Below are positions 43,322-43,340 of a stretch of DNA of 43,340 nucleotides, piece after piece (the first letter of the stretch is position 1; each line of letters starts with the position of its first letter). The DNA is taken from IMG/VR virus record IMGVR_UViG_3300049070_000042, positions 1-43,340 of that record; one strand, 5' to 3'. The position numbers and the translations under genes are program-made. Below the pieces are notes generated by a model. It saw only the letters and a list, made by a program, of their open reading frames with translations, ran no database searches and was not told where the DNA came from. The DNA is from a virus.

Positions 43322-43340
43322 AAAAGCTAAAGCATATTTT
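43214..43340. repeat. Terminal direct repeat, copy 2
   Basis: Identical to 1..127. Confidence 0.95.

Noticed and set aside
38257-43340. The idea that the glycosyltransferases hypermodify phage DNA, as in T4-like glucosylation or arabinosylation
   Set aside because: I see no dNMP hydroxymethylase or thymidylate-synthase-like enzyme, no dNTP-modifying enzyme and no phage DNA polymerase. TylF and FkbM methyltransferases are sugar or small-molecule O-methyltransferases. A profile search is still needed to exclude this idea formally.
1-43340. CRISPR arrays, tRNA/tmRNA genes, integrase/excisionase lysogeny module, DGR or reverse transcriptase
   Set aside because: No spacer-repeat periodicity is visible, and no non-coding gap is long enough for a tRNA with a cloverleaf. 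I recognised no tyrosine or serine recombinase motifs and no RT motifs in any ORF. The small HTH protein at 24716 is excisionase-like in fold only.

Overview
The window is a complete tailed dsDNA phage genome. Bases 1-127 repeat exactly at 43214-43340, so the unique unit is 43,213 bp, either circular or terminally redundant. Coding is dense, and many genes are translationally coupled through ATGA, TAATG or GTGA stop/start overlaps. Shine-Dalgarno sequences are essentially absent, sequence is AT-rich, and several N-termini look like Bacteroidota signal or lipoprotein peptides, so I infer a Bacteroidota (Flavobacteriia-like) host.

Gene layout:
- Rightward late genes, 24.7-37.5 kb: small HTH protein, TerS-like protein, TerL, a chaperone-like gene with a T9 slippery run, neck and tail proteins, tape measure, HTH protein, ClpP-type prohead protease, major capsid protein, tail-tube-like protein, strong terminator.
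- Terminator-bounded cassette, 37.6 kb through the junction to 305: HNH-AP2 homing endonuclease followed by about 5 glycosyltransferase-like and 3 methyltransferase genes.
- 0.4-13.6 kb: another glycosyltransferase-like gene, portal, adaptor-like genes, tail fibre, BNR-sialidase/LamG protein, a 1022-aa beta-helix depolymerase with an N-terminal signal peptide, and a membrane-protein-rich lysis region.
- Leftward early operon, 24.6 -> 13.6 kb: lipoprotein, many small ORFs, HNH, Dcm, N6/N4 methyltransferase, YopX, DUF1376-type replication protein, membrane proteins and an orphan RNA ligase.

I saw no integrase, DNA polymerase, helicase, tRNA or CRISPR array. The candidate I rank highest as a novel system is the glycosyl/methyl-transferase cassette, which may glycosylate the virion. 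All functional calls come from motif recognition by eye, since no searches could be run.
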